The notes beneath the pieces are model-generated. The model was not told the DNA's origin. It searched no databases and worked only from the letters and a program-made list of their open reading frames with translations. Made by a program: the position numbers and the translations under genes. Source: Citrobacter sp. OP27 (GTDB lineage Bacteria; Pseudomonadota; Gammaproteobacteria; Enterobacterales; Enterobacteriaceae). From it: DNA of 24,000 nt. The DNA lies in assembly GCA_050516505.1 (NCBI GenBank), contig CP191518.1:2933238-2957237 (forward strand). The letters are read 5' to 3'. The first letter of the stretch is position 1. Each line of letters opens with the position of its first letter. Below, one piece after another: positions 9,405 through 17,613 of the stretch.

Positions 9405-9538
9405 GCCAGGGGTGATCGGCTTAAGCCACAGATTACGGCGTAGTTCCTGAATTAGGCTCCGCCCCCGGTGAAGGATTTAACCGTGAACTTCTAAATGGAT
9501 ATTCATGGCGATTTTTGGATGATAACGAGGCGCAAAAA
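9405..9538 (+). promoter_or_regulatory. ompA 5' untranslated leader (mRNA stabiliser; sRNA MicA target around the RBS)
   Basis: A leader of about 134 nt starts GCCAGGGGTG, with 5'-proximal pairing to CCCCCGGTG (9462-9470). The conserved GGATGATAACGAGGCGC (9517-9533) spans the SD. This matches the known E. coli ompA leader architecture. Confidence 0.75.
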
Positions 9539-10591
9539 ATGAAAAAGACAGCTATCGCGATTGCAGTGGCACTGGCAGGCTTCGCTACTGTAGCGCAAGC
9601 CGCACCGAAAGATAACACCTGGTATGCTGGTGGTAAATTGGGCTGGTCTCAGTTCCATGATACTGGCTGGTATAACAGCTCCCTGAACAACAACGGTCCA
9701 ACCCACGAAAGCCAGCTCGGTGCAGGCGCGTTCGGTGGTTACCAGGTAAACCCGTATGTCGGTTTTGAAATGGGTTATGACTGGCTGGGCCGTATGCCTT
9801 ACAAAGGCGACGTAACTAACGGCGCATTCAAAGCTCAGGGCGTTCAGCTGACTGCTAAACTGGGTTACCCGGTAACCGACGATCTGGACGTTTACACCCG
9901 TCTGGGCGGCATGGTTTGGCGCGCTGACTCCAGCAACAACGTTGCTGGCGACAACCACGACACTGGCGTTTCCCCAGTATTCGCTGGTGGCGTTGAGTGG
10001 GCAATGACCCGTGACATCGCTACCCGTCTGGAATACCAGTGGGTTAACAACATCGGCGACGCAGGCACCGTAGGTGTTCGTCCTGATAACGGCATGCTGA
10101 GCGTTGGTGTTTCTTACCGCTTCGGCCAGAACGATGTTGCTCCAGTTGTAGCTCCGGCTCCAGCTCCAGCTCCAGAAGTACAGACCAAGCACTTCACTCT
10201 GAAGTCTGACGTTCTGTTCAACTTCAACAAAGCGACTCTGAAACCAGAAGGTCAGCAGGCACTGGATCAGCTGTACTCCCAGCTGAGCAACCTGGATCCT
10301 AAAGACGGTTCAGTAGTGGTTCTGGGCTTCACCGACCGTATCGGTTCTGATGCCTACAACCAGAAACTGTCTGAGCAGCGTGCACAGTCTGTTGTCGATT
10401 ACCTCGTATCTAAAGGTATCCCGGCTAACAAGATCTCCCCACGTGGTATGGGCGAATCTAACCCAGTTACCGGCAACACCTGTGACAACGTGAAAGCTCG
10501 CGCTGCACTGATCGATTGCCTGGCTCCAGATCGTCGCGTAGAGATCGAAGTTAAAGGTATCAAAGACGTTGTAACTCAGCCACAGGCTTAA
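9539..10591 (+). CDS. ompA: Outer membrane protein A
   Basis: Track ORF 9515..10591, trimmed to ATG 9539 (SD GAGG at 9527-9530). Signal peptide [21 protein letters not shown]|APKDNTWY, an 8-strand barrel region, the APAPAPAPE hinge, and the OmpA-like C-domain ([30 protein letters not shown]). Confidence 0.97.
   Translation: MKKTAIAIAVALAGFATVAQAAPKDNTWYAGGKLGWSQFHDTGWYNSSLNNNGPTHESQLGAGAFGGYQVNPYVGFEMGYDWLGRMPYKGDVTNGAFKAQGVQLTAKLGYPVTDDLDVYTRLGGMVWRADSSNNVAGDNHDTGVSPVFAGGVEWAMTRDIATRLEYQWVNNIGDAGTVGVRPDNGMLSVGVSYRFGQNDVAPVVAPAPAPAPEVQTKHFTLKSDVLFNFNKATLKPEGQQALDQLYSQLSNLDPKDGSVVVLGFTDRIGSDAYNQKLSEQRAQSVVDYLVSKGIPANKISPRGMGESNPVTGNTCDNVKARAALIDCLAPDRRVEIEVKGIKDVVTQPQA
10151..10174 (+). repeat. 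Tandem hexanucleotide repeat (GCTCCR)x4 encoding the Ala-Pro hinge of OmpA
   Basis: gctccg gctcca gctcca gctcca read directly. A fifth gctcca copy lies at 10139-10144. Confidence 0.9.
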
Positions 10592-10604
10592 GTTATCGTC
10601 TAAT

Positions 10605-10633
10605 AAAAAACCCCGCATTGCGGGGTTTTTTTT
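10605..10633. terminator. Bidirectional rho-independent terminator between convergent ompA and matP
   Basis: A6 (10605-10610), stem CCCCGC (10611-10616), loop ATT, stem GCGGGG (10620-10625), then T8 (10626-10633). Confidence 0.9.
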
Positions 10634-10654
10634 ATTCTGAATTCAGCTGGGTAA

Positions 10655-11107
10655 CTACTCTTTCCCTAACAACGCCTGCAAATCTTGTTTAAGCGTTGTC
10701 ATCTTGCTCGCGTACTTCTCTTTGTTTTCCGCATCTTCAATGAGCTGCACTATCGTTTCCGACAAGGTCTTACCCCGGCGATGTGCCAGACCCGCCAGGC
10801 GCTGCCAGACGATAAACTCCAGGTCGATAGACTTCTTGCGCGTATGCTGATGCTCGGCATTGAAGTGACGTTTACGTCGCGCTCGAATAGTTTGCTTCAT
10901 ACGATTAAACAGCGCCGGATTCATGTGCTGCTCAATCCAGTCGTTGACCTGTACAGGTTCGTTTTCGAGCGTCAACAAGGTATCTACCGCGTCTTGCGCA
11001 GCGCTGGTCTCAATGTAGCGGGTGATCAGCTCACCTTCCCGGTGCTTTTTAACCAGGTACTTCCATTTCCAGCCGCTTTCAAGGTTTTCCAGTTGTTGAT
11101 ATTTCAT
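10655..11107 (-). CDS. matP: Ter macrodomain organiser MatP
   Basis: 150 aa, [33 protein letters not shown]...[12 protein letters not shown]. It is nearly the E. coli MatP sequence, with the same length. Confidence 0.95.
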   Translation of the reverse strand: MKYQQLENLESGWKWKYLVKKHREGELITRYIETSAAQDAVDTLLTLENEPVQVNDWIEQHMNPALFNRMKQTIRARRKRHFNAEHQHTRKKSIDLEFIVWQRLAGLAHRRGKTLSETIVQLIEDAENKEKYASKMTTLKQDLQALLGKE

Positions 11108-11251
11108 TGCGATCTCAATGTGACCGTGTAACTCATTTCAGGATAACAGGTTTTTGCTGATGTGCTGAGAAGAAATCGCCCTGAGCGAGTGAGGCTATTC
11201 CCCCTTATAAAGTTGCCCGCTAATCCCCGTGTGCTGAGTGTCGCCTTGAGG

Positions 11252-11257
11252 TATAAT
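11252..11257 (+). promoter_or_regulatory. Candidate -10 element for ycbZ
   Basis: Perfect TATAAT 35 nt upstream of the ycbZ TTG start. No convincing -35 was found. Confidence 0.3.
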
Positions 11258-11291
11258 CACCCGCTTTACATCTGACTAAAAAACAGCGACT

Positions 11292-13049
11292 TTGACGATT
11301 ACAAAACTTTCACGGCGCGATTTAGCCCCCGATCTTGAGGCTTATCAGACGCTGTTTGCCCAGCCTGATTTGGCAACCGAAACCGATTCCTTACCCGGCG
11401 ACCTGCAGGCACGTCTGCACTACGCGCTGGATCAATTCCTCTATCCTCAGGCCATATCTGACTTCCTGTTGGTGAAAGCCCCGGAAGAACCTGAGTATCT
11501 ACAGCTACTGACTGATGCCACTCGCGAACGGCGCGACGATGTGCAACCGCTCTGTGGCGTCCGTTACACGGTCAACGGTAATCAGGTGACCCTGACTGCG
11601 GCGACTGCGCCCCAAGACAATTTCGCCAGCCAGGGGCCCGTAATTCAGGCCGACTGGGTTGAGGCCGAGCAGCTGTTTGGCTGTGTTCGTCAGTTCAATG
11701 GTGAAATCAGCCTCCAGCCAGGCCTCGTGCATCAGGCCAACGGCGGCGTGTTAATCCTTTCCTTGCGTAGCCTGCTCTCTCAGCCACTGCTGTGGATGCG
11801 TCTTAAAAATATCGTCTCCCATCAGCGTTTTGACTGGCTGACCTTTGACGATGCGCGTCCCCTGCCCGTCAGCATCCCTTCTATGCCGTTGACGTTGAAG
11901 GTAATGCTGGTCGGCGAGCGTGAATCGCTGGCCGATTTCCAGGACATGGAGCCGGAACTCTGCGAAAAAGCCATCTACAGTGAATATGAAGACAACCTGC
12001 AGATCGTTGATGAAGATACGCAAAAGCTCTGGTGTCAGTGGGTCTGGCATATTGCCCGCGGTCTGAATTTACCGGGCCCCGATACCGACGCCTGGCCACT
12101 CCTCATTCAGGAAGGAGCACGTTACACCGGTGACCAGCAGGCGCTACCGCTGTCCCCACTGTGGATTAGCCGCCAGCTGCGTGAAGCCGCAGCCTTCTGT
12201 GAAGGTGAACGTTTTAGTGCAGAGCAGCTGACCACCATGCTGGTTCAACGCCAGTGGCGTGAAGGTTATCTGGCTGAGCGTATGCAGGATGAAATTCTGC
12301 TTGAGCAGATCCTTATCGAAACGGAAGGCGAACAGATTGGTCAGATTAATGCCCTGTCTGTGGTCGAATTCCCAGGCCACCCGCGCGCCTTCGGTGAGCC
12401 TTCACGCATCAGTTGCGTCGTGCATATTGGCGACGGCGAGTTCACGGATATCGAACGTAAAGCAGAACTCGGCGGAAACATCCATGCCAAAGGCATGATG
12501 ATTATGCAGGCGTTTTTGATGGCAGAACTGGGCCTGGACCAACAAATTCCATTCTCAGCGTCGCTCACCTTCGAGCAGTCGTATAGCGAAGTGGACGGTG
12601 ACAGTGCTTCAATGGCAGAACTGTGTGCCCTGATAAGCGCCCTGTCTAACGTGCCGGTTAACCAGAGCCTGGCAATCACAGGTTCCGTTGACCAGTTTGG
12701 TCGCGCGCAGCCGGTTGGCGGCCTCAATGAAAAAATTGAAGGCTTCTTTGCTATCTGTCAGCAGCGTGGCCTGACGGGGAAACAGGGGATTATCATTCCT
12801 GCTGCAAACGTGCGTCATCTCAGCCTCGCGCAGGATGTTCAGAAGGCCGTTGAGGCCGGTGAATTTTCACTCTGGGCAATTGATGATGTGACAGATGCTC
12901 TCCCGCTGTTGACGCAGTTGATTTGGGATGGAGAAGGCCAAACCACGCTTCTGCAAACCATTCAGGAACGTATTGCTCAGGCAAATCATCAGGATACGCG
13001 TCATCGCCCGTGGGCAATGCGTTGGTTAAACTGGTTTCATTCAAACTGA
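11292..13049 (+). CDS. ycbZ: Lon-like protease homolog YcbZ (S16 peptidase domain with a degenerate N-terminal AAA+-like region)
   Basis: 585 aa starting at TTG 11292 (MTITKLSRRDL..., as in E. coli YcbZ). The C-terminal Lon protease domain has a Ser motif EVDGDSASMAELCALISAL and a Lys motif VGGLNEKIEGFF. Confidence 0.9.
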   Translation: MTITKLSRRDLAPDLEAYQTLFAQPDLATETDSLPGDLQARLHYALDQFLYPQAISDFLLVKAPEEPEYLQLLTDATRERRDDVQPLCGVRYTVNGNQVTLTAATAPQDNFASQGPVIQADWVEAEQLFGCVRQFNGEISLQPGLVHQANGGVLILSLRSLLSQPLLWMRLKNIVSHQRFDWLTFDDARPLPVSIPSMPLTLKVMLVGERESLADFQDMEPELCEKAIYSEYEDNLQIVDEDTQKLWCQWVWHIARGLNLPGPDTDAWPLLIQEGARYTGDQQALPLSPLWISRQLREAAAFCEGERFSAEQLTTMLVQRQWREGYLAERMQDEILLEQILIETEGEQIGQINALSVVEFPGHPRAFGEPSRISCVVHIGDGEFTDIERKAELGGNIHAKGMMIMQAFLMAELGLDQQIPFSASLTFEQSYSEVDGDSASMAELCALISALSNVPVNQSLAITGSVDQFGRAQPVGGLNEKIEGFFAICQQRGLTGKQGIIIPAANVRHLSLAQDVQKAVEAGEFSLWAIDDVTDALPLLTQLIWDGEGQTTLLQTIQERIAQANHQDTRHRPWAMRWLNWFHSN

Positions 13050-13060
13050 TCGGACTTGTT
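13044..13060. promoter_or_regulatory. FadR activator site of the fabA promoter
   Basis: AACTGATCGGACTTGTT matches the fabA FadR operator of E. coli (consensus ANCTGGTCNGACNTGTT). It overlaps the ycbZ stop codon (13047-13049). Confidence 0.75.
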
Positions 13061-13061
13061 C

Positions 13062-13079
13062 AGCGTACACGTGTTAGCT
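13062..13079. promoter_or_regulatory. FabR repressor site of the fabA promoter
   Basis: AGCGTACACGTGTTAGCT is an imperfect palindrome with a perfect ACACGTGT core, immediately downstream of the FadR site as described for E. coli fabA. Confidence 0.7.
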
Positions 13080-13118
13080 ATCCTGCGTCGCGAACTCAAA
13101 ATAAGGCTTACTGAAAAC

Positions 13119-13637
13119 ATGGTAGATAAACGCGAATCCTATTCAAAAGAAGATCTTCTTGCCTCCGGACGCGGCGAACTGTTTGGCGAAAAAGGCCCGC
13201 AGCTTCCGTCAGCCAACATGCTGATGATGGATCGTGTCATCAAAATGACCGAGACGGGCGGTAACTTCGATAAAGGCTACGTGGAAGCAGAGCTGGATAT
13301 TAATCCTGACCTGTGGTTCTTCGGTTGCCACTTCATCGGCGACCCGGTAATGCCAGGCTGCCTGGGCCTGGATGCCATGTGGCAGCTGGTCGGCTTCTAC
13401 CTGGGCTGGCTCGGCGGCGAAGGCAAAGGCCGCGCACTGGGCGTAGGCGAAGTGAAATTCACAGGCCAGATCCTGCCTACCGCGAAAAAAGTGACCTATC
13501 GCATCCACTTCAAACGCGTGATTAACCGTCGTCTGATCCTCGGCATCGCTGATGGTGAAGTCCTTGTTGACGGTCATCTGATCTATCAAGCGACCGACCT
13601 GAAAGTGGGCCTGTTCCAGGACACTTCTACGTTCTAA
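13119..13637 (+). CDS. fabA: 3-hydroxydecanoyl-ACP dehydratase/isomerase
   Basis: Track ORF 13056..13637, trimmed to ATG 13119. This gives 172 aa, [23 protein letters not shown]..., with the active-site His region [14 protein letters not shown] and the Asp region [10 protein letters not shown]. Confidence 0.96.
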   Translation: MVDKRESYSKEDLLASGRGELFGEKGPQLPSANMLMMDRVIKMTETGGNFDKGYVEAELDINPDLWFFGCHFIGDPVMPGCLGLDAMWQLVGFYLGWLGGEGKGRALGVGEVKFTGQILPTAKKVTYRIHFKRVINRRLILGIADGEVLVDGHLIYQATDLKVGLFQDTSTF

Positions 13638-13672
13638 TGCGTTAAACGCACTTCCGGGTGCGTAGAAACGGC

Positions 13673-13704
13673 GAAGCCTCTGCATGCAGAGGCTTCTTTG
13701 TTTT
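13673..13704 (+). terminator. fabA rho-independent terminator (may also stop convergent rmf)
   Basis: The perfect palindrome GAAGCCTCTGCA/TGCAGAGGCTTC (13673-13696) is followed by TTTGTTTT. On the minus strand the trailing T-run is weak. Confidence 0.85.
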
Positions 13705-13716
13705 AAAGAGACAGCA

Positions 13717-13884
13717 TCAGGCGATTACTGCCCTGTCCTCCATGGCTTCTCGCCAGCCTCCCAGCCAGTGTGACCTTTGGTTTAAGGTCTGATAAGGACA
13801 GATTTCTTTTGATTTACCAGCGATGCCAGCCTGGTACCCACGTTGATGTGCCCGTTCCAGGCGATCACGTTTTTGTCTCTTCAT
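13717..13884 (-). CDS. rmf: Ribosome modulation factor
   Basis: Not in the ORF track. Manual minus-strand translation gives MKRQKRDRLERAHQRGYQAGIAGKSKEICPYQTLNQRSHWLGGWREAMEDRAVIA then a stop (55 aa). This is near-identical to E. coli RMF. It sits between fabA and pqiC as in E. coli. Confidence 0.93.
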   Translation of the reverse strand: MKRQKRDRLERAHQRGYQAGIAGKSKEICPYQTLNQRSHWLGGWREAMEDRAVIA

Positions 13885-13956
13885 GCCTCGTTTCCCTCAT
13901 TTTTTGAGTCTGGTGGAAAAGAAAACAGTGGTCACCAAATGTGCAACCACACATTA

Positions 13957-13985
13957 GGGATAACCTGAATCGGCCACAGCGTCAA
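13957..13985 (-). promoter_or_regulatory. Candidate rmf promoter
   Basis: On the minus strand: TTGACG (complement of 13980-13985), 17-nt spacer, TATCCC (complement of 13957-13962). This would give a leader of roughly 65 nt. Pattern match only. Confidence 0.3.
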
Positions 13986-14077
13986 TGCGCAAAATTCACG
14001 CCAGTGTCATATTTGTGAGCTAGTCAGAAGTTCATTTGTACAAAAATTGTGAAGCCGGACAACTAACTACCTGACCC

Positions 14078-14120
14078 TAAAAACAAAAAAAACCGCAGCA
14101 GAAACAAGTCTGCTGCGGTT
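14078..14120 (-). terminator. Rho-independent terminator ending the pqiABC operon
   Basis: AACCGCAGCAG (14091-14101) pairs with CTGCTGCGGTT (14110-14120). On the minus strand the hairpin is followed by T8-GTTTTT (complement of 14078-14090). It lies 21 nt past the pqiC stop. Confidence 0.88.
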
Positions 14121-14140
14121 TTAACGGTGATGAATTTTAC

Positions 14141-14704
14141 TTATGGCAAGCGATTTATCGACTGCGCAATGGCGCTCGCTTCCTGACTCCAGGCCTGTGC
14201 CAGCATTTTCACCATTTCGTCATAGCCGTCTTGCTGCTGTTTGACCTCGATGTGGAACGGACGCTTAATAAGCTGCCCCTGATGGTTCAGGAGCCACTCT
14301 CCGCTCACAATGACCTTCCCGTCATACCGACCGTGGAAACCGCTCACATTGACGTTGAGGGTGTCCTGATCGCTGCCCAGCGGTTGTGACGCAACGACCC
14401 AACCCGGAAGCTGGTTGCTGAGGTTCGCCACCAGCGTCGTACGTAACTGCTGATCCAGCGGGCTTGCCCACAGGTTATTGTTCGCAATCACATACTGAAC
14501 ATCACTGGTCTGATACACCACGCCGTTTCCGGCGAGGTAATCAGGGATGCTCACCTGCTCAACCCACAGCAGGTGTCTGCCCTGGCTGGCCGTGCTTTGC
14601 ACGCCAGCCTGAGGAAGTGGCAGTTGATAGTACGTTTTGTTGTCACTGCTGCTGCTGCACGCCGACAGCAGACAAGCTAATGCTACGGGTAGCCATTTTT
14701 TCAT
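14141..14704 (-). CDS. pqiC: Outer-membrane lipoprotein PqiC (YmbA) of the PqiABC MCE-type transport system
   Basis: 187 aa with a lipobox signal MKKWLPVALACLLSA|CSSS. Same length as E. coli PqiC. The start overlaps the pqiB stop (ATGA). Confidence 0.92.
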   Translation of the reverse strand: MKKWLPVALACLLSACSSSSDNKTYYQLPLPQAGVQSTASQGRHLLWVEQVSIPDYLAGNGVVYQTSDVQYVIANNNLWASPLDQQLRTTLVANLSNQLPGWVVASQPLGSDQDTLNVNVSGFHGRYDGKVIVSGEWLLNHQGQLIKRPFHIEVKQQQDGYDEMVKMLAQAWSQEASAIAQSINRLP

Positions 14705-16341
14705 TCTTTTGCCCTCTTCGGCTGCGGATCCTTTTTATCCTTCGCTTCGAACACCAACGCGTTGCTCTTATTGTTGAGTGTTTTCAGCACAGGCTGCAGT
14801 TCACGAAGCACCTGATCCAGGCGCTGCATATCGCCGACCATTTTGTTGTACGCCGCTGAACCTGGCTGGAAGCCCTGCATACTGCGGTTCAGCTCACGCA
14901 GCGTTTTCTGCATGTCGGCTGGCAGATCCTGCATCGACTGACTACCGGTAATCTTGTTGAGATTATCCAGCGTCGCCTGCACGTGCTTCATGGTTTTCTG
15001 ACTTTCCGCCAGCGAGCTTGTGGCCTGTTCAATCAATGGATTGATTGGCAGATTATTGATTTTATCCAGTGCATCCATCAAGCGTTGCTGGATTTGCGCC
15101 AGCCCACCGCTCACGGTCGGGATAATTTCAAAGCCACCAAACTCACGGAACTTGCCACGCGGTTCAGCCTTCGGATAGAAGTCGAGGTCGATATACAGCG
15201 CCCCAGTCACCAAATTACCGGATTTGAGCGAGCCACGAAGGCCACGGTCAATCAGTGTATTCAGATGACTACGAATATCCGGATCGCCACCCAGTTGGTT
15301 AACCAGACGTTCAGGTTCAATGCGAATCTGAACAGGAATGCGGTAATCATCACTTAAGCGCTGATGCAGGCCCGGAATGAAGAACGGCACTTTGCCTACG
15401 GTACCCAGACGGATGCCACGGAATTCCACCGGGGCGCCTGGCTGAAGGCCACGAACCGAATCCTTAAAGAACATCACGTAGTCGACATGCTGGGTGTACA
15501 TCGCATCCTGAATGGAACGCTGATCGTCGAAAAGATGATATTCCGTTTTATTCGCCACCGGCTCGCCCACCGACTGTCCATCTGGCACGTCAAAGCTGAC
15601 GCCGCCACCGAATAACGTCGACAACGACCCCATTTCTACGCGCATTCCGGCAGAGGTCAAATCCACCGCGATGCCACTGTCTTTCCAGAAACGGGCATTC
15701 GTGGTGACCAGACGGTCATTCGGTGCGCTAATAAATAATTGGTACGAAATTTTTCGCTTATCGGCATTGAAGGTACTGGTTTCCACCGACCCTACGCGAT
15801 AACCACGGAACAGCACCGGATCGCCCGGAGAGAGCTGCCCTGCTTTGTTACTTTCCAGCAGCACGCGAATACCTTTTGCATCCGGTGGCGCAAGCGGAGG
15901 GGAATCGAGCAGTTGGAATTTCTCAGGCTCAGCGCCTTTAGTTCCTGGCTGAAGTTCAATATAGGCGCCCGATAACAGCGTACCAAGCCCGCTGATCCCC
16001 TCGCGTCCAACCTGCGGTTTCACCACCCAGAAGGCCGAATCGCCATGCAGCAGCTTTTCCATTCCGGTGTTCAGACGCGCCTTGATTTCAACGTGCGTCA
16101 GATCGTCCGTCAGGGTTGTGCTTTCCACCACGCCGACATCCACGCTGCGGCTCTTGATGCGGGTTTTGCCGCCTTCAATCCCTTCAGCGTTGGTGGTCAT
16201 CAGGGTGACTTCTGGCCCCTGATGGCTGTAATGATAAAAGAGGATCCATGCGCCGATGAGCGCGGTAACGATGGGAAAGATCCACACGGGCGACCAGTTC
16301 TTCACCTTCTGCACTTTCGCCTCTCCACTCTTGTTTTCCAT
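14701..16341 (-). CDS. pqiB: MCE-domain periplasmic bridge protein PqiB
   Basis: Track ORF 14701..16377, trimmed to the ATG at the complement of 16339-16341. This gives 546 aa, MENKSGEAKVQKVKNWSPVWIFPIVTALIGAWILFY..., an N-terminal TM followed by repeated MCE domains and a C-terminal helical region. Length matches E. coli PqiB. Confidence 0.93.
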   Translation of the reverse strand: MENKSGEAKVQKVKNWSPVWIFPIVTALIGAWILFYHYSHQGPEVTLMTTNAEGIEGGKTRIKSRSVDVGVVESTTLTDDLTHVEIKARLNTGMEKLLHGDSAFWVVKPQVGREGISGLGTLLSGAYIELQPGTKGAEPEKFQLLDSPPLAPPDAKGIRVLLESNKAGQLSPGDPVLFRGYRVGSVETSTFNADKRKISYQLFISAPNDRLVTTNARFWKDSGIAVDLTSAGMRVEMGSLSTLFGGGVSFDVPDGQSVGEPVANKTEYHLFDDQRSIQDAMYTQHVDYVMFFKDSVRGLQPGAPVEFRGIRLGTVGKVPFFIPGLHQRLSDDYRIPVQIRIEPERLVNQLGGDPDIRSHLNTLIDRGLRGSLKSGNLVTGALYIDLDFYPKAEPRGKFREFGGFEIIPTVSGGLAQIQQRLMDALDKINNLPINPLIEQATSSLAESQKTMKHVQATLDNLNKITGSQSMQDLPADMQKTLRELNRSMQGFQPGSAAYNKMVGDMQRLDQVLRELQPVLKTLNNKSNALVFEAKDKKDPQPKRAKE

Positions 16342-16345
16342 GTTA

Positions 16346-17599
16346 TTACTTTTCCTCATGGCTTGATTCTGGCTCACGATCCCACAACAAGCGAGGATCG
16401 AAGGTCATGGCGGAGAACATGGTCATGACAACCACCAACGCGAACATTACTGCTCCTATCGCCGGATAGATATTCATTAAGCCTCCCATGCGCACCAGCG
16501 CGGATAGCACTGCTATCACAAAAACATCTATCATTGACCAACGGCCAACAAATTCAACCACCTCATATACAAGGTGCATCCGCTCGCTGTCGCGCCTTCC
16601 ATTGCCATTGGCGTTCCAGCACAGCCAGGCAATGGCGATCATTTTCAACGTCGGAACCATAATACTGGCGATAAAAATCACCATCGCTACCGGGTACGAT
16701 CCTTCACTCCACAACAACACCACCCCGGCGATAATGGTCGACGGCAGTTTCTCGCCAAGCAAATCCGTGATCATGATTGGCATAATGTTGGCAGGCAGAT
16801 AGAGAATAATCGAGGTTATCAGCAGCGCCAGTGTCCATTGGAGACTATGCCTGCGACGAACAAAACCTTTGGTTTCGCAGCGCGAGCACACCGCCTGATC
16901 GGCAGGAAGTATGTCGGTGCAGCACGAACAGGAGCGCAGACCCTGACGGATCCCCGCCACGCCCACTTTCAGCGGTTGTTCGAGTTTAGGCATTGGCTTG
17001 ATGTCGTCCCACAGCCAGCGACGGTCAACGCACTGGAATGTGCGCAGTTGAAGCAGACAGAACATACACCACGGAATAAAGCTGGTCCCCACACCGATAT
17101 CGCCGTAAGCCATCAGCTTCACGAAACTGACCAGCACCCCGGCGAGAAAAATCTCGGCCATGCCCCAGCTTTTTAAGTGGAACAGAATACGGGCCAGGAA
17201 CACCTGAATTCTCTGGGGCAATGGAACCCGGTTAACCAGCACCAGAATGGTGACCAGGCAAAACGCGGGAACCAGTTGGACAAACAGCAGGAAAAAGGTA
17301 CCCAGGCTGGCGTAGTCTTCAGAGAACAGTACGTGCGGGATTTCCAGCAGCTCGACTTCACTGCTGATCCCACCGACGCTCATATTGATGAAGGGAAATA
17401 AGTTAGCCAGCAACAGCATGAACAACGCCACTAGCGCATAGGCGGTTGGCCGCTGTCGCGGCTCGTCCCATTCAGTGGTAAGCGTTGTGTGACAACGAGG
17501 ACACAACGCTTTGTGACGGTGTTCGAGATGCGGTAACGCCACCAGCAAATCACATTGTGGGCACAGGATATGCCCTGCAGCATGGTGATCATCGCACAT
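16346..17599 (-). CDS. pqiA: Inner-membrane protein PqiA (paraquat-inducible protein A)
   Basis: 417 aa, as in E. coli. There are two modules, each with a CxxC...CxxC pair (CPQCDLL...CPRCH; CSCCTDI...CSRCE) followed by TM segments. Confidence 0.93.
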   Translation of the reverse strand: MCDDHHAAGHILCPQCDLLVALPHLEHRHKALCPRCHTTLTTEWDEPRQRPTAYALVALFMLLLANLFPFINMSVGGISSEVELLEIPHVLFSEDYASLGTFFLLFVQLVPAFCLVTILVLVNRVPLPQRIQVFLARILFHLKSWGMAEIFLAGVLVSFVKLMAYGDIGVGTSFIPWCMFCLLQLRTFQCVDRRWLWDDIKPMPKLEQPLKVGVAGIRQGLRSCSCCTDILPADQAVCSRCETKGFVRRRHSLQWTLALLITSIILYLPANIMPIMITDLLGEKLPSTIIAGVVLLWSEGSYPVAMVIFIASIMVPTLKMIAIAWLCWNANGNGRRDSERMHLVYEVVEFVGRWSMIDVFVIAVLSALVRMGGLMNIYPAIGAVMFALVVVMTMFSAMTFDPRLLWDREPESSHEEK

Positions 17600-17613
17600 G
17601 AACGTTCCTCACA

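Noticed and set aside
9503-10192. Long ORFs antisense to identified genes. Examples are 9503..10192(-) opposite ompA, 19867..20610(+) and 20659..21474(+) opposite rlmL, 18886..19512(+) opposite uup, 16574..17176(+) opposite pqiA, 5725..6258(-) and 7102..7599(-) opposite yccS, 13209..13685(-) opposite fabA, and 4036..4401(+) opposite helD.
   Set aside because: They lie entirely within strongly supported genes on the other strand. Their translations are Arg/His/Gln/Pro-rich and low in complexity, with no recognisable motifs or RBS. This is typical of shadow ORFs on the antisense of moderately GC-rich coding DNA.
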